From the human T2T-CHM13v2.0 reference genome, Homo sapiens, in the NCBI RefSeq assembly GCF_009914755.1, contig NC_060928.1: a DNA stretch of 64,000 nucleotides. One strand, 5' to 3'. Positions 1 through 13,250 of this stretch are shown piece by piece. The notes beneath the pieces were generated by a model. The model saw nothing but the letters and a program-made list of their open reading frames with translations, was not told where the DNA came from and did not search any database. Position 1 is the stretch's first letter; the number at the start of each line of letters is the position of its first letter. Made by a program: the position numbers and the translations under genes.

Positions 1-364
1 AACCTACATACATTCATGCACACATAGCTTTTTATTCAACTTTTGAACAGGCTTGGACCACATAAAAACCATAATTGGTATTCTCCTTTTCCAAGTGTTA
101 TGTTAAGAATACCCATCGAATGATATTTTTTCCTCTTAGTTAATAGTTACCGATTTTCTCTTAAAAAAATACCTTGTAAATTGAGAATGAGGAACATCAA
201 CACTTGAACAAGGCAAAAAAAGTCATTATCCCCGAGGAGATTTCAAATTTGTAATTTCAGCCTGCAGACCTTTGCTGCATGATATTTTATTTCATCTATG
301 TTCTATAAATTACTAAATCATTATTTTTAACAGATATTTTTGCTATGCCATTTTTACTACATGT

Positions 365-830
365 TCACTTATTGAGGCCCTAGTATTTATCAAGCACAAT
401 TCAAGGATAAAAGAAACATGATAAGGATAGTTCCTGCTTTCATAGAGCATATATTTTAGAGGCAGAGAGAGACAATAAGCAATAAACAAATTTAAGAGAA
501 TAATTACAGATATTTGCTGTGAAGGAAATTAAGCAAGGACATATGATAAGGAATAGCCAGAGGGGTCCTTAGAAAATGTGTTCAGGAAAGGCTTGTCTTA
601 AAAGTGCCAAGTAAACTGAGATCTTTTAAGTAAGGACAAGTGGGATTCATCAAAAATGGGCAGAACATTTTAGGCAGTGGGAACTACAAGTGTGAAAGCC
701 CTGGGTGTGAACAAATTCTGCATGCTCATGGAACAGGAGGAAACTTCCAATATGGCTGGAATGCAGTGATTAGTGTGTATAAAGTACAAGACAAAGTAAA
801 TGAACAGGTGAGTTCAGCTCATGTCAGGCC
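365..830 (-). mobile_element. L2 LINE 3' region, interrupted by the following L1; resumes at about 1735-1800
   Basis: Degenerate antisense L2 motifs (cttattgaggccc, gttcctgctttcatagagc, gagacaataagcaataaac, ggaactacaagtgtgaaagccctgg); continuation 'tggagagtttttaaacagaggaatga' at about 1741. Confidence 0.55.
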
Positions 831-840
831 TCATCATCAT

Positions 841-1270
841 TTTTCAAAGAAGGCATCTACATGGCTAATAGGTATATTAAAAGGTGCTTGACATCACTAA
901 TCATTAGGAAAATACAAACCAAAAACACCATGAGTTATCACCCCACACCTGTGAGAATGACTGTTATCAAAAAGATAAGCAATAATGAGTTGGCAACAAT
1001 GTGGAGAAGAGGGCTCTCTGGGATACTGTTGGCAGGAATGTAAATTGATACAGCCATTATGGAAAACATTATGGAGTTTCCTCAAAAAATTAAAAACAGA
1101 ACTACTGTATAATCCAGCAGATAAAAATCTGGGTAGATATGTAAAGGAAATGAAATCAGTATCTCAAATAAATAACCCATGTTCCCATGGTTTCATCGCA
1201 GAATTATTTACAATAGCCAAGGAATGAAACCAACCTATGTGCCTGTCAACAGATTGATGACTAAAACAAT

Positions 1271-1310
<40 letters not shown>

Positions 1311-1720
1311 TACAATGAAATATTATTTAGTCAAATAAAGAAGTAAATCCTGCCATTTGTGACAACATGGGTGGGCCTAGAGGACATGCTAAGTTAAGCC
1401 AGTCACAGAAACACAAATACTGTGTGATCTTACTGACATGTGGAATCCAAAACAGTCAAACACACAAAAGCAGAGAGTAAAACAGTGGTTTCCAGGGACT
1501 GCTGAGGGATGGGAGAAATGGTGCAATATTGGTCAAATGGTACTAATTTTCAGCTATATGTTGAACAAGTTCTTGGGTTCTTATATACAGTATGAGTAGT
1601 GATGTATTTGTTAATTAATTTGGTTATGATAATTATTACACAATGTATACATATCATCATATTGCACACCTTACACATATATAGTCTTTGTTAATTAATT
1701 GTTTTAATATTAAATAGAAA
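841..1720 (+). mobile_element. L1 3' fragment (ORF2 C-terminus plus 3'UTR), L1MA-type
   Basis: ORFs 861-1043 and 985-1227 resemble the L1 ORF2 C-terminus (SLIIRKIQTK, CWQECKLIQPLWKTLW); L1MA-like 3'UTR ending in A-rich sequence. Confidence 0.85.
1276..1305. repeat. (TA)n microsatellite
   Basis: About 15 TA units seen directly. Confidence 0.95.
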
Positions 1721-1960
1721 AATGAACAATGAAAAAACACTGGAGAGTTTTTAAACAGAGGAATGAGTGTCATCTCATGTATTTAAAAAAATATAATTCC
1801 ACACATGATAGAAATTATAGAATTCTAGCTGATCTAAAAATCAGCATCTTTTCAGCCAGGTGTTTAATCCTGGATCAATGACCAGTGGCTAAGAGGTGAG
1901 TATCACTTGGTATGCCTTTTGTAAAATAGCAATTGTAAATAGATAATCTTAAAAGGTGTT

Positions 1961-2160
1961 TGTATTAATTGGGGTTCTGCAGAGAAAGACAACTAATAGC
2001 ATGTATGTATATGTATGTGTGTGTGTATAAGATAAAATGTATACATATATGCACAAGACATGAAAAATATTTATTATAAGCAGCTGGGTCACATGACTAT
2101 GGTAGCTGAAAAGTCCAAGATCTGCCAGCTAGAGAGGCAGGTTTGAGAGCCAGAATGCTA
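1961..2160 (-). mobile_element. MLT2-family (ERVL) LTR 3' fragment
   Basis: tgtattaattggggttctgcagagaaagacaactaatag, a TG-rich spacer, then cacatgactatggtagctgaaaagtccaagatctgc match the reverse of the MLT2 3' end. Confidence 0.7.
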
Positions 2161-2276
2161 AAGTTCCAGATCCATTAAAGATAAGTATGATCATTATTTA
2201 TCTTTAAAATAGGTACACAAATACCCATTTTGTTCTGGAAAATATAGTACACGTGTCATGGTACCTTTTTAAATTC

Positions 2277-2520
2277 TGTGATAGTCAATTTTATTTGGCA
2301 ACTTTTCTGGGTCATGGGAAACCTAAATATTTAGTAAAACATTATTTTTGTTGTTTCTGAGATAGTGTTTTTGGATGAGACTAACATTTAAATTGGTGAC
2401 TTTTGAGTAAAGCAAACTGTCCTACATAATGTGAGTGGGCCTCATCTAATCAATTAAAGGTCTGAATAGAACAAAAAGACTAGCCTCCCCCAAGCAAGAA
2501 AGAATTGTCTCCCATGCAAG
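2277..2520 (+). mobile_element. MLT2C/D-like LTR 5' fragment
   Basis: Starts tgtgatagtcaattttat; contains ggatgagactaacattt, gagtaaagca and gtgggcctcatctaatcaattaaaggtctgaatagaacaaaaag, as in the MLT2 5' consensus. Confidence 0.75.
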
Positions 2521-2556
2521 AAAGATGACCAATTACAGTTCAATTACACGACCAGT

Positions 2557-2680
2557 TCTACTCGAGAGCTGAGGCAGACAAGAATTGCTTGAACCCGGGA
2601 GGTGGAGGTTGCAGTGAACCAAGATTGAGCCACTGCACTCCAGCTTGGGTGACAGAGCGAGACTCTGTTTCAAAAAAAAA
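2557..2680 (+). mobile_element. 5'-truncated Alu (right arm only)
   Basis: gcttgaacccgggaggtggaggttgcagtg...gacagagcgagactctgtttc followed by A10. Confidence 0.9.
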
Positions 2681-2699
2681 GTTATTCCTATATAATAAA

Positions 2700-3140
2700 A
2701 GTTCAACAGAATGTGATCCTGAGGCCTTGGTGAGCTTCCTAGTTGATGAACACATCAATATGCTTGGCGGGTGGTGTGTTCTGGGTTTATAGGAAGAGAA
2801 CATATCAGTTCTGCATTCAGAACCCTACCAGACCTTGCCCTATAAAAATCTTCTTTTGTCTGATTATGATTTGAATCTTTTATAATAAAAACGTAGTTAT
2901 GACTAGTACTTTCATGAGTCATGTAAGTCATTCTAGTGAAGTATCAAATCTGAGAAAGTGGTGGAAACATTAAATTTGAAGCCATTTGGTCAGAAGTGTG
3001 AGTAGACTGTGAAGCTTCTAACTTGCAGCTGGTGCCTAAAATGAGAACAGTCTTATTTTGGACTGTGCCCTTAACCTGTGGACTCTACAATCATTCTAGG
3101 TAGTTTGCATCAGATTTGTTTTGCAGTATTGCAGCTAGTC
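2700..3140 (+). mobile_element. MER21-like LTR fragment
   Basis: gtgagcttcctagttgatgaacacatc, accctaccagaccttgccctat, ttggtcagaagt, ggactgtgcccttaacctgtgg resemble the MER21 3' half. Confidence 0.6.
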
Positions 3141-3922
3141 TATATGAAGAAACATGCTGCTTCTAAAGATCATATTATTATAGAGGAGGAGTAGAAAGCA
3201 CATGGTGAATTCTTTCTTTCCTTTTTGGGCCATGATGGCCATTGTTTTAATTTTTTTTTTAAAGTCACACTCACTGAGCCTAGACAAGGTCTCACAATGG
3301 CTTACAATTCTCCCCTAAGCATAAGTGTCATGAACCTTTATTTCAAATTAGGTTGTTTATATAAATTTGAATAGTTTTTCGACATACACCAAACAATATA
3401 AGTCATCCTAAGAATGGCCCATATTAGTAAGTCATATGTTCAACCTTATCTCAGACGATGCATGATAAAGCTCAAGATGACAGTCATTCTTATGTTTCTC
3501 AATAGGTTAAAAGTCACTGGTAAAATATACCATTTCTCAAATAAATATTCCCAGTAGTAGACTAAAGTTCTGAAGATTCATGGGTTCGGAATAGTGAAGG
3601 GGCTGGAAGATAGTCTACTGTGATTTTCATGTATCTCCCCAAAAGCATGTGTTGGAAACTAAAACCCAATACAACAATGTTGGGCACTGGGGACTAATGA
3701 AATGTGCTTAGGCCATGAAGGTAGAGAGAATGGATTATTGTCATTATTATAGCAATATTTTCTTATCCTAGGAGTGAATTTGTTATAAAAGAGGGAGTTT
3801 GGCCCCCCTCTTACTCTCTTTCCTTCTATTTGCCCTTCTACCATGGAATGATGTGGCAAAAAGGCCATTATCAGATGCTGCTAACTTGATCTTTGGATTT
3901 CCCAGTCTCCAGAACCATGAGC

Positions 3923-3923
<1 letters not shown>

Positions 3924-3953
<30 letters not shown>
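3924..3953. repeat. (CA)n microsatellite at the L1 tail position
   Basis: CA run seen directly. Confidence 0.9.
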
Positions 3954-3960
<7 letters not shown>

Positions 3961-5620
3961 GATGTTTTGATACAGGCATGCAATGTGAGAAAAGCACATC
4001 ATGAGGAATGGGGTGTCCATCCCTTCAAGCACTTATCCTTTGAGTTACAAACAATCCAGTTACACTCTTCAAATTATGTTGAAATGTACAATTCAGTTAG
4101 TATTGACTACAGTCACCGTGTTGTGCTATCAAATAGTAGGTCTTAATCATTCTATTATTTTTATACCTGTTGATTCTCCCTACCTGTCCTCTAGCCCCTC
4201 ACTACCCTTCCCAGCCTCTGATAACCATTCTTCTACTCTCTATGTCCATGAGTCCAATTGTTTTGATTTTTAGATCCCACATATAATTGAAAACATGTAA
4301 TGTTTGTCTTTCTGTGCCTGGCTTATTTTACTTAACATAATGATCTCCATTTCCATCCATATTGTTGCAAATCACTTACATCTCATTCTTTTGTATGGCT
4401 GAATAGTAGTCCATTGTGTGTATGTACCACATTTTCTTTATCCATTCATTTGTTGAGGGACACTAAGGTTGCTTCCAAATCTTAGCTCTTGTAAAGAGTG
4501 CTGCAACAAACATAGGAGTGCAGATAACTCTTCAATATACTGACTTCCTTTCTTTTGGGTATATACCCAGTGGTGGGATTGCTGGATCATACTGTAGCTA
4601 TATTTTTAATTTTCTGAGAAGTCTCCAAACTGTTCTCAGTAGTAGTTGTACTAATTTACAGTCCCACCAACAATATACACCCTTTCCTCCACATCCTTGC
4701 CAACATTTGTTATTGTCTGTCTTTTGGATATAAGTCATTTTAACTGGGGTGAGACAACATCTCATTGTAATGAGATGATTTGTATTCATCTGATGATCAA
4801 TGGTGTTGAGCACCTTTTCATATGCCCACTTGCAATTTGTATTTCTTCTTTTGAGAAATGTCTATTCAACTCTTTTGCCCATTTTTTGATCAGATTTAAA
4901 AATTAGACTTTTTCCTATACAGTTTCCTTTGAGCTTCTTATATATTCTGGTTATTAATCCCTTGTGATATGGTGTATTAGTTCATTTTCACACTGCTATA
5001 AAGATACTATCTGAGAGTGGGTAATTTATAAAGAAAAGATGCTTAATTGACTCACAGATTTGCCTGGCTTGGGAGGCCTCAGAAACTTACAATCATGGCA
5101 GAAGGGGAAGCAGGCACATCTTACATGGCAGCAGATGAGAGAAAATGAGTGAAAAGTCCAGTGGAAACTGCTATTTATATAACCATTGGATCTCATGAAA
5201 ACTTCCTCACTATCATGAGAACAGCATGAGGGAAACTGCTTTCATTATTCAATCACTTCTCTCTAGATATCTTCCTCAGCACTTGGAGATTACAATTAAA
5301 GATGATATTTGGGTGGGGCACAAAGCCTAACCATATCAGATGGGAAGTTTGCAAATATTTTCTCCTGTTCTGTGGGTTGTCTTTTCACTTTGTTGGTTGT
5401 ATCATTTGGTGTTCAGGAGCTTTTTAACTTGATGTGATCCCATTTGTTCACTTTTGCTTTGGTTGCGTGTGCTTGTGGGGTATTGCTCAAGAAATCTTTG
5501 CCCAGACCAATGTCCTGGATACTTTCCCCAATGTTTTATTGTAGTAGTTTCATAGATTGAGGTCTTATATTTGAGTCTTTAATCCATTTTAATTTTATTT
5601 TTGTATATGTTGATAGATAG
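3954..5620 (-). mobile_element. L1MA1-3-like 3' fragment, interrupted by a THE1 LTR
   Basis: Antisense L1MA 3'UTR (gatacaggcatgcaatgtg...cctttgagttacaaacaatcc); minus-strand ORF 4598-4813 resembles the ORF2 C-terminus ([10 protein letters not shown]). Confidence 0.85.
4973..5338 (-). mobile_element. THE1D/MSTA-like solo LTR
   Basis: Termini tgtattagttcattttcacactgct...cctaaccatatca; 5-bp TSD tatgg/gatgg. Confidence 0.9.
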
Positions 5621-7433
5621 AAAGCCAAAATTTTTTGTTCATTATAAATTAACTAGCCTGTGGTATTATGTTATAATAGAAAAAAAAAGACTAAGAGAGT
5701 ATAAATTTTATTTTGTGTCATAATGTCAATGGTAATGCAAATATTTTATCAGTTATAAATACAGGTTCTTATTAAAGTGATTAGACTACAGATAAGTAAT
5801 AAACCTCACACAAGTATTAGTTTTAGCAAATATATAGTTGTCCCAGTCCTAAGGATAAACAGTCGTATCAAATACAGGGAGGAAATTCCTCAGGCAAAAG
5901 GACTGAAAATTTGTATGATGGAAACAATGGGAGGAGTCACATGCCATTTTCCTCGTGCTGAAAAATGCTTATGTTCATAGCTCTAAAAGTGGAGGTTATT
6001 ACTGACATTTAACATAATAATATATGTATACCTATATTTAGCTTTATTTTTAATTGACATGTAATAATTTTTCAGATTTTTGGGGTACAGAGTAATATTT
6101 TGATACATGTATACAATGTAAAATGACCAAATCAGTGAAATTAACATATCCATCTATTATTTCTTGGTGTTAAGAACATTTGGAATCCTGTATTCTACTT
6201 GAAAATATACAATAAATTATTATTAGTTATAGTCACCCTACAATAAGTCCACTAGAACTTATTCTTCCTATTTAGCTGTAATTTCAAAACTGTTGAATCT
6301 CTCTCTTTATACCCTACTACCCTTTCCAGATTTAAGTGACTAAAATTCTACTTTCTACTGTTATGAGCTCAACTTAAATTATTTTCACATATGAATGAGA
6401 ACATTTGGTATTTATTTCTTGGTGTCTGAGTTGCTTTACCTAGTGTCTTCTAGGTTCATTCCTGTTGCTGTAAATGACAGGATTTTACTGTTTTTTATGG
6501 TTAAACACCATTTCATTGTGTTACATGTACCGCAATTTCTTTATCGATTCATCTGTTGGTGAAAAACTTTACTGCAACTTTACTGAATTTCTTAATCAGT
6601 TCTAAGAGGTTTTTTGTGGAGTGTTCTGGTTTTTCTGTGTATAAGAACATGCTTCCCACAAAGAAGAAGAATTTGACTTCTTTTTTTCCAGTTTGGATGC
6701 CTTTTCATTCTTTCTCTTTCCTTGTTGCTCTGGGTAGGACTTCCAGTACTATGTTGAATAGGAGTGGTGAAAGTGGGGATCCTCATCTTGTTCTATTTCT
6801 TAGAGGAAAAAACTTAAAATTTTTGTCATTCAGTGTGATATTAGCTGTGGGTTTGCTGTATATGGCCTTCATTGTATTCAGATGTGTTCCTTTTATACTG
6901 AATTTGTTAAGTTCTTATCATAATGGGATGCTGAATTTTATAAAATTATTTTCTGCATCTATTGAGATGATGATAAATATTTTCCTCATGCTGTTGCTGT
7001 GGTATATAACATTTTTGATTTGTGTATGTTGAACCATCCTTGCATTACTGGCATACTCCCACTTGATTATGTTGCAAAATCTTTTTGATGTGCTATTGGA
7101 TTCAGTTTCCTAGCATTTTGTTGATGATTTTTGCATCTATATTAATTAGGAGTATGGTTCTGTAGTTTTCCTTTTCTGTTGTTTCATTGACTGGTTTTGA
7201 TATCAAAGAATGCTGGACTCTTCAGATGAATTTGAAATAATTCCATTTTATATTTGGAATAGTTTAAGAAGAATTGGTGATAGTTCTTTAAAAGTTTGAC
7301 AAATTCAACAGTAAAGCCAATTAGTCCTAGGCTTTTCTTTTTTGGGAGTTTTTAAATTATTACTAATTTAATTGCATTACGCATTACAGGTCTGTGCAAG
7401 TTTTCTATTTCTTCTTGGTTCAATTTTGGTAGG

Positions 7434-8425
7434 TGTATTAGGGTTCTATAGAGGGACAGAACTAATTTTATATATATATAATAATCTATATATATAATCT
7501 ATATAATATATATTATACATAATATATATTATATATAATATATATTATATATAATCTATATAAATATATTATATATAATATATATTATATATAACCTATG
7601 TAGATTATATATAATATATATAGATTATATATAATATATATAAATATATAAATATTAATATAACATATAAACATATATAGATTATATATTATATAATACA
7701 TATAGATTATATATAATATATATAAATATAATATATATAAAATATAATATATAAATAAATTATATATAATAATTTATATATATAAATAATTATATATAAA
7801 TATATTATATATATAAATTATATATAATTTATATTTATATATTTATTATATTATATTTATATAACATATATAAAATAATATATATAATTATATATAATAA
7901 TTTGTATATATATACAAATATATAATATATAATATATATAAATATAATTATATATTATATAAATATATACAAATATATATAATATATAATGTATATAATA
8001 TAATATAATATATTATAAATATATATATATATATAGTGGAGAGTTTATTAAGTATTAACTCACACTATCACAAGGTCCCACAATAGGCCATCTGCAGGCT
8101 GAGGAGCAAGGATGGCCAGTCTGAGTTCCAAAACTGAAGAACCTGGTATCCAACGTTTGAGGACAGGAAACATCCAGCACGGGAGAAAGATGTGGGCTAG
8201 AAGGCTACACCAGTCTCTCTTTTCACATTTTTCTGCCTGCTTGCATTCTAGCCACACTGCCCCTTGATTAGATTGTACCCACCCAGAATAAAGGGTTGGT
8301 CTGTCTTTCTGAGCCCACTGACTCAAATGTTAATCTCCTTTGGCAACACCCTTACAGACACATCAAGGATAAGTACTTTGTATCCTTTAGTCCAATCAAG
8401 TTGACACTCGGTATTAACCATCACA
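7434..8425 (-). mobile_element. MLT2A (HERV-L) solo LTR with an expanded TA tract
   Basis: tgtattagggttctatagagggacagaactaat...gttgacactcggtattaaccatcaca; TSD gtagg/ggagg. Confidence 0.92.
7466..8035. repeat. About 570-bp interrupted (TA)n / AT-only tract
   Basis: Almost purely A/T with recurring tagattatatataatatata-type units. Confidence 0.95.
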
Positions 8426-10725
8426 GGAGGTTATATATGTCCAGGAATTAATCCATTTCATATGAGTTTATAATTTTTTGGTATGTGGTTGTTTGTAATA
8501 GTTTCTGACAGTCCTTTGTACTTCTGTGGTTCTGTTGAAATGTCTCCTTTTACATTTCTGAGTTTGTTTCTTATTTTAAATGCCCGATTTTTCATTTCAT
8601 TGATCCTCTGCATTTTTTTAGTCTCAATTTTATTCATTTCTGATCTTATCTTTATTATTTCTTTCCTTTTAGTAATTTTGGGTTTGAGTTTATTTTGATG
8701 TACCTTAAGGTGCATCATTAAGTTGTTTGAATTATTTCTACTTTTTTGATATATATGTTTATGGCTATGAACTTCCCTCTTAGTACTGCTATTACTATAT
8801 CTCATAAGTTTTGGTATGATGTGTCTCCATTTTTATTTGTTTCAAGAAATTTTTTGTTTTTCTTAATTTCTTCATTGACCCATTGGTCTTTCAGGAGCAT
8901 GTTGATTGTAAAGTTTTCCAAAGTTTCATTTGTTATTGATCTAGTTTTATTATATTGGATCTGAATATATACTTAATATAATTTCAATTTTTTAGATTTT
9001 CTTGAGGCTTTTCTGGTCTAACGTGGTTTATTCTAAAAAGTGTTCCATGTGCTGATAAGTGTGTATTCTGCATCTGTTAGATAAAATGTTCTGTAAATGT
9101 CTGTTATGTCCATTGAGTCTACAGTTCTGTTAAAATTCAAAGTTTCTTTTTTTATTTTCTGTCCTGATGATATGTAAAATACTGAGAGTGGGATGTTGAT
9201 GTTCCTAAGTATCAATATATTGGGCTCTAAATATTGGGTCACAATATTTGCTTTATTATCTAGGTGCTCCAGTGTTGGGGGCATACATATTTACAATAGT
9301 TACATCTTCTTGATGAATTGATCCCCTTATCATTATGTAATGACCTTCTTTATATCTTTTTTAGGTTTTTTTATGTAAAGTTTATTTTATCTGATAGAAG
9401 TGCTGCTACTCATGCTTGTTTTGGTTTTCTATTTGTGTGAGGTATCTTTTTTCATCCTTTTACTTTCAGTCTATATGTGTCTGTACAGACAAGAAGAGTT
9501 ACTTGTAGGAAGCACATCATTGGGTCTTGTTTGTTTTAATCCATTCAGCCATTTTATAACTTTTAATTAGGGAATTTAAACTGTTCACATTCAAGATTAA
9601 TATTGATAGGCAATTGACTTACTCCTGTAATTTGGTTGACTCTTTTCTAGTTGTTTTGTATATTCTGTTTCTTTCTTCTTCTTTCATTGTTTATTTTTGT
9701 TGTTTGGTGGTTTTCTGCAGTTATAAGATTTGATTCCTTTCTTTTTCTCATTGTGTATTTCCTCTGCTAGTGAGTTCTATTCTTTTATGTGTTTTTAGTT
9801 TTTATTCTTTCATTTCCAGATGTAGAACTGCATTAAGCATTTATTGTAGGACTAGTGGTGATAAATTCTCTCAGTATTTGTTTGTCTGGAAAAAACTATT
9901 TCTCCTTCATTTCTGAATGATAGCTTTGGTGGTAGTATTCTTGATTGGTAGGGTTTTCTTTTTGGCACTTGGAATATATTGTCTCATTTTTTTTCTTGGC
10001 CTTTAGGGTTTCAGCTGAGAAATTTGCTGTCAGTGAGATGGGGACTCCTTTATATGTGACTTGATTTTTCTTTCTTTTTTCTTTCTTTCTTTTTTATCTT
10101 TTTTTTTTTAGATCCTCTCTTTGCTTCTGACTCTACAATGTGCTTTTGAAAAGATCTTTTGAGGTTGTATCTATTTGTGGATTATTGGGCTTCCTAAATC
10201 TGAATGTTCACATCTTTTCCAAGACTTAGAAAGTTTTCAGTTGTTATTAAACAGGTTTTCCATATTCTTTCCCATTTCTTTACTCTCTGGAATTCCCATA
10301 ATGTAAACATTTCTTTATTTAGTGTTGTCCCATTAGTTTCATAGGTTTTCTGCATTTTTTTTTGGTCTGACTGGGTTATATCAAAAACCATTTTCAAGTT
10401 CAAAAATTCTTTCTTCTTCATGAAGAATTCTTCATAAATTCTTCATTTTCTATTGCTGAAACTCTCATTGGTTTTTTAATTTTATTCATTCAATTATTTA
10501 ATTCAAGATTTATGTTTGGTTATTTTTTATAATATTGATATCTGTTGAATTTCCCATTCAGCTCACAATTTTTTTTTCTGATTTCATGGAATTATCTATC
10601 TGTATTCACTTCTATTTCACTGAGTTTTGTTAAGATCATTATTTTTAATTATTTTTAAGGCATTTTATAAATTTTCTTTTTTTGAGGTCTGTTACTGGAG
10701 AATTGTTTTGTAAGTTTAGAGGTGT

Positions 10726-11101
10726 TGATACTGTTTGGCTGTGTCCCCACCCAAAATCTCACTTTTAATTGTAATCTACATAATTCGAATGGGTCAAGGG
10801 CAGGACCAGGTGCTGTAATTGGATCATGGGGGCAGTTTCTGCCATGCTGTTCTCATGAGAATGAGTGAGTTCTCATGAGATCTGATGGTTGTATAAGCAT
10901 CTGACATTTCCCCTGCTTGTTCTTCTCCTTCCTGATGCCTTCCAAAGAAGCTGCCTTGCTTCCCCATCACCTTCTGCCATGATTATAAGTTTCCTGAGGC
11001 CTCCCCAGCCATGCTGAACTGTGAGTCATTTAACCTCTTTCCTTTATAAGTTACCCAGCCTCAGGTAGGTCTTTATAACAGCGTGAAAATGGACTAATAC
11101 A
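10726..11101 (+). mobile_element. THE1D/MSTA-like solo LTR
   Basis: tgatactgtttggctgtgtccccaccc...gaaaatggactaataca; TSD ggtgt/ggtgc. Confidence 0.92.
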
Positions 11102-13069
11102 GGTGCTATGTTTCTTTGCTGTTTCACGTTTGTGTCACTACACTAATATCTGAATACTCACATCTTCTAATTTTATGTAGTAGCTTTTGTAGGAAAATAT
11201 GTTTTCTATGGATGTGTCCTTTAGTGTCAGTAGGGTAAGCATTTTGGCTTTGGTTCTGGGTGGGTGCAATAGTGTAGTTCACATGTGATTTATTTGGGTA
11301 TTTTCAACATTAGTGGTGTCTGTGAATGCCTCATTGGGTTAGACTGCAGGTGTCTGTGCCAGTTATGTTTTGACTTTGCTAAGTGAAGGGGTCACCAGGA
11401 GGACTGCCTCTCAGGTCTCTATTGCAAGGGGTATGCTAGCACATGGCAACTCCACTGGTTAAATTGATGAGGTTGCTAATGGCAGTGGGCCTGAAATGAA
11501 CTGGTCATTGGGCCCTTGGTGTTCGGTGGGGGTGTGCAGTAACTTTGCTACTGGAGTGGGCCAGGTCACTGGCAGTTGTTGACCCTGGAGAGGCCAGTCC
11601 TTAGACTTCTGGTGATGTTTGAGCACTTGGAGGCTCTGCTGCTGGAAGAATATGGACACCAGTGGCAGTGGGCACTAGTTGGGCTGCTCATGGGCCTCTG
11701 GATTGGTCATGTGGCATCCCAACCACTAGACTGAGTGGGGATAGCTGCCACAGCAAGCCCCAACCAGACTGGTCCTTGTGCCCATGTGTGGGTATGTGAG
11801 CATTTGGCTGCTTTACTACTGGAGTGGGCAGAGTTACTGACAGTGATGGGCCCTTGTACACTGGTCCTTGGGCCCCTTATGGGGGTGCACAGGTGAGCAG
11901 CAGTTCTAGTGCTGGTGCAGGAGGGGATCACTGGTGGCAGCAAGCCTGGGTGGTTTGGTCCTCAAGCTTTTAGGGGTGGGGTGAGCATAAGCTCTGCTGC
12001 TGGAGAGGCCAGAGTTGCTGGTGGAGGTTGGCCACTGGCTATTGGCTCTCAGGCTTCCTCTGTCTCGAGGATGGCCTCCCCGTTGTGCTGAGTCACCTAT
12101 TCTTTGAAGTGCCAAATGTTGCATGGGCTCAGATACTGGGTTCATGGCTATACTGCTGGGTCTAGCTGGGTTCATGGCCTTCCAGGCAGATGTGGTAGGT
12201 TGACTGTGAGGCCCCAGGAATGTGGTCATGCAGGAGTTATTGGGCCCCTGGGCTAGATGCACTCTGGCAGTGGCTTCATTCTCAAAATGGCACTATGCTG
12301 CAGCAGCCTGGATTCTGGGGAGTGTGGGGGTCCCAGTGTTAGTTCCCTCTCTGGAACAATGTAGTCATGTGGGTTCCAGGCAACTTCCTATACTGGGTTT
12401 AGGGCCTGTGAGCACTGTGGGGGCTCTCCTGCCATTAAAATTGCAAGTGTCTGCAAGAAAAATGTGAACTTCTGGGGATTTCCTGCTCATCTTTTCCCCA
12501 TAATGGGGAGGCCCTCTTAGCTCCAAGCTGATACTGTCTGGGGTTTTGCTGTTCTGTCTATGATGGCATCCTGAGTTCCCATGACTCAGAGGGACTTTGC
12601 ACTTCCTTTATAAATTCTATTGTTCTCTCCTAAATGTTCTGTTTGACGTGTGACTATCTTCTTGTTATATTGCTCTTTCTTTGTGGAAGAAGTGAATGTT
12701 CGGCACCTCTAGTCAGCCGTCTTGCTGATGTCTTGTTTTGCATATTTAGAGCTATAAATGACTACACAGACATCTCTTTCTAAAGCTTCATTATCCCTCC
12801 AACATCATTTATATAGATATGCTTTTTTGTACTTATAGATATTTTAAATACATTTTTCATTGGAAAAGATTTTCTCCTTAAGTTTTTGCCTCTTGAGCCC
12901 CCCCTTTCCAAAGAAAGAATAATTTCTTATTTAACTCTGTGAAACACTGCTCTAAATGATTTTGAAAAATAAAATACTAAGAGATACAAAAATGAAATAA
13001 GAAAACTATTTTTGTTGAGAACATATTATTCTTCTTTCGTTTTGTTAAGTACTTTTCCCATACTAACAT

Positions 13070-13250
13070 CTTTAACCATTATTACAACTTTGAAACTCAG
13101 ATATCATGATCTCCATTTTAACTGATAATTTTCATTTTAACTGAACTGTCACAGACCCAATCATAGGCAATTTGCAAATGTTACACAGGTAGTAAGAAAT
13201 AAAGCATGATTTAAACCAAATATTTTCTGTCTCCAAACCTGGGTTTTATC
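13070..13250 (-). mobile_element. Possible MIR fragment
   Basis: ctccattttaactgat, aatttgcaaatgttacacaggtagtaag, gatttaaacc...ctgtctccaaa resemble the MIR core. Confidence 0.4.

Larger units (their letters stand above)
3618..5698 (+). mobile_element. MST-type MaLR LTR split by an L1 (pieces about 3618-3923 and 5621-5698)
   Basis: 5' piece ends tggatttcccagtctccagaaccatgagcca; 3' piece ttgttcattataaattaactagcctgtggtattatgttata...gactaagaga is the MST terminus. Confidence 0.75.
6042..12742 (-). mobile_element. Near full-length old L1M(A) with 5'UTR, ORF1 and ORF2 remnants, an internal deletion at about 6560 and two nested LTRs
   Basis: 3'UTR about 6045-6555; antisense RT and EN remnants (ORFs 6592-6786, 8458-8805, 9033-9284); ORF1-like region about 9800-10700; GC-richer 5'UTR about 11350-12735 ending ctctagtcagccgtcttgctgatgtc; candidate TSD atatttag (6034-6041 and 12743-12750). 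Confidence 0.8.

Noticed and set aside
6556-7032. 158-aa hydrophobic ORF that looks like a membrane protein
   Set aside because: It is the antisense frame of an L1 ORF2 RT region; T-rich antisense L1 routinely gives F/L/I-rich ORFs
10810-10830. DUX4 sites in THE1 and MLT2A LTRs
   Set aside because: Candidates here (TAATTGGATCA) and at about 5245, 8266 and 47608 deviate from TAAYBBAATCA, so no intact site can be claimed
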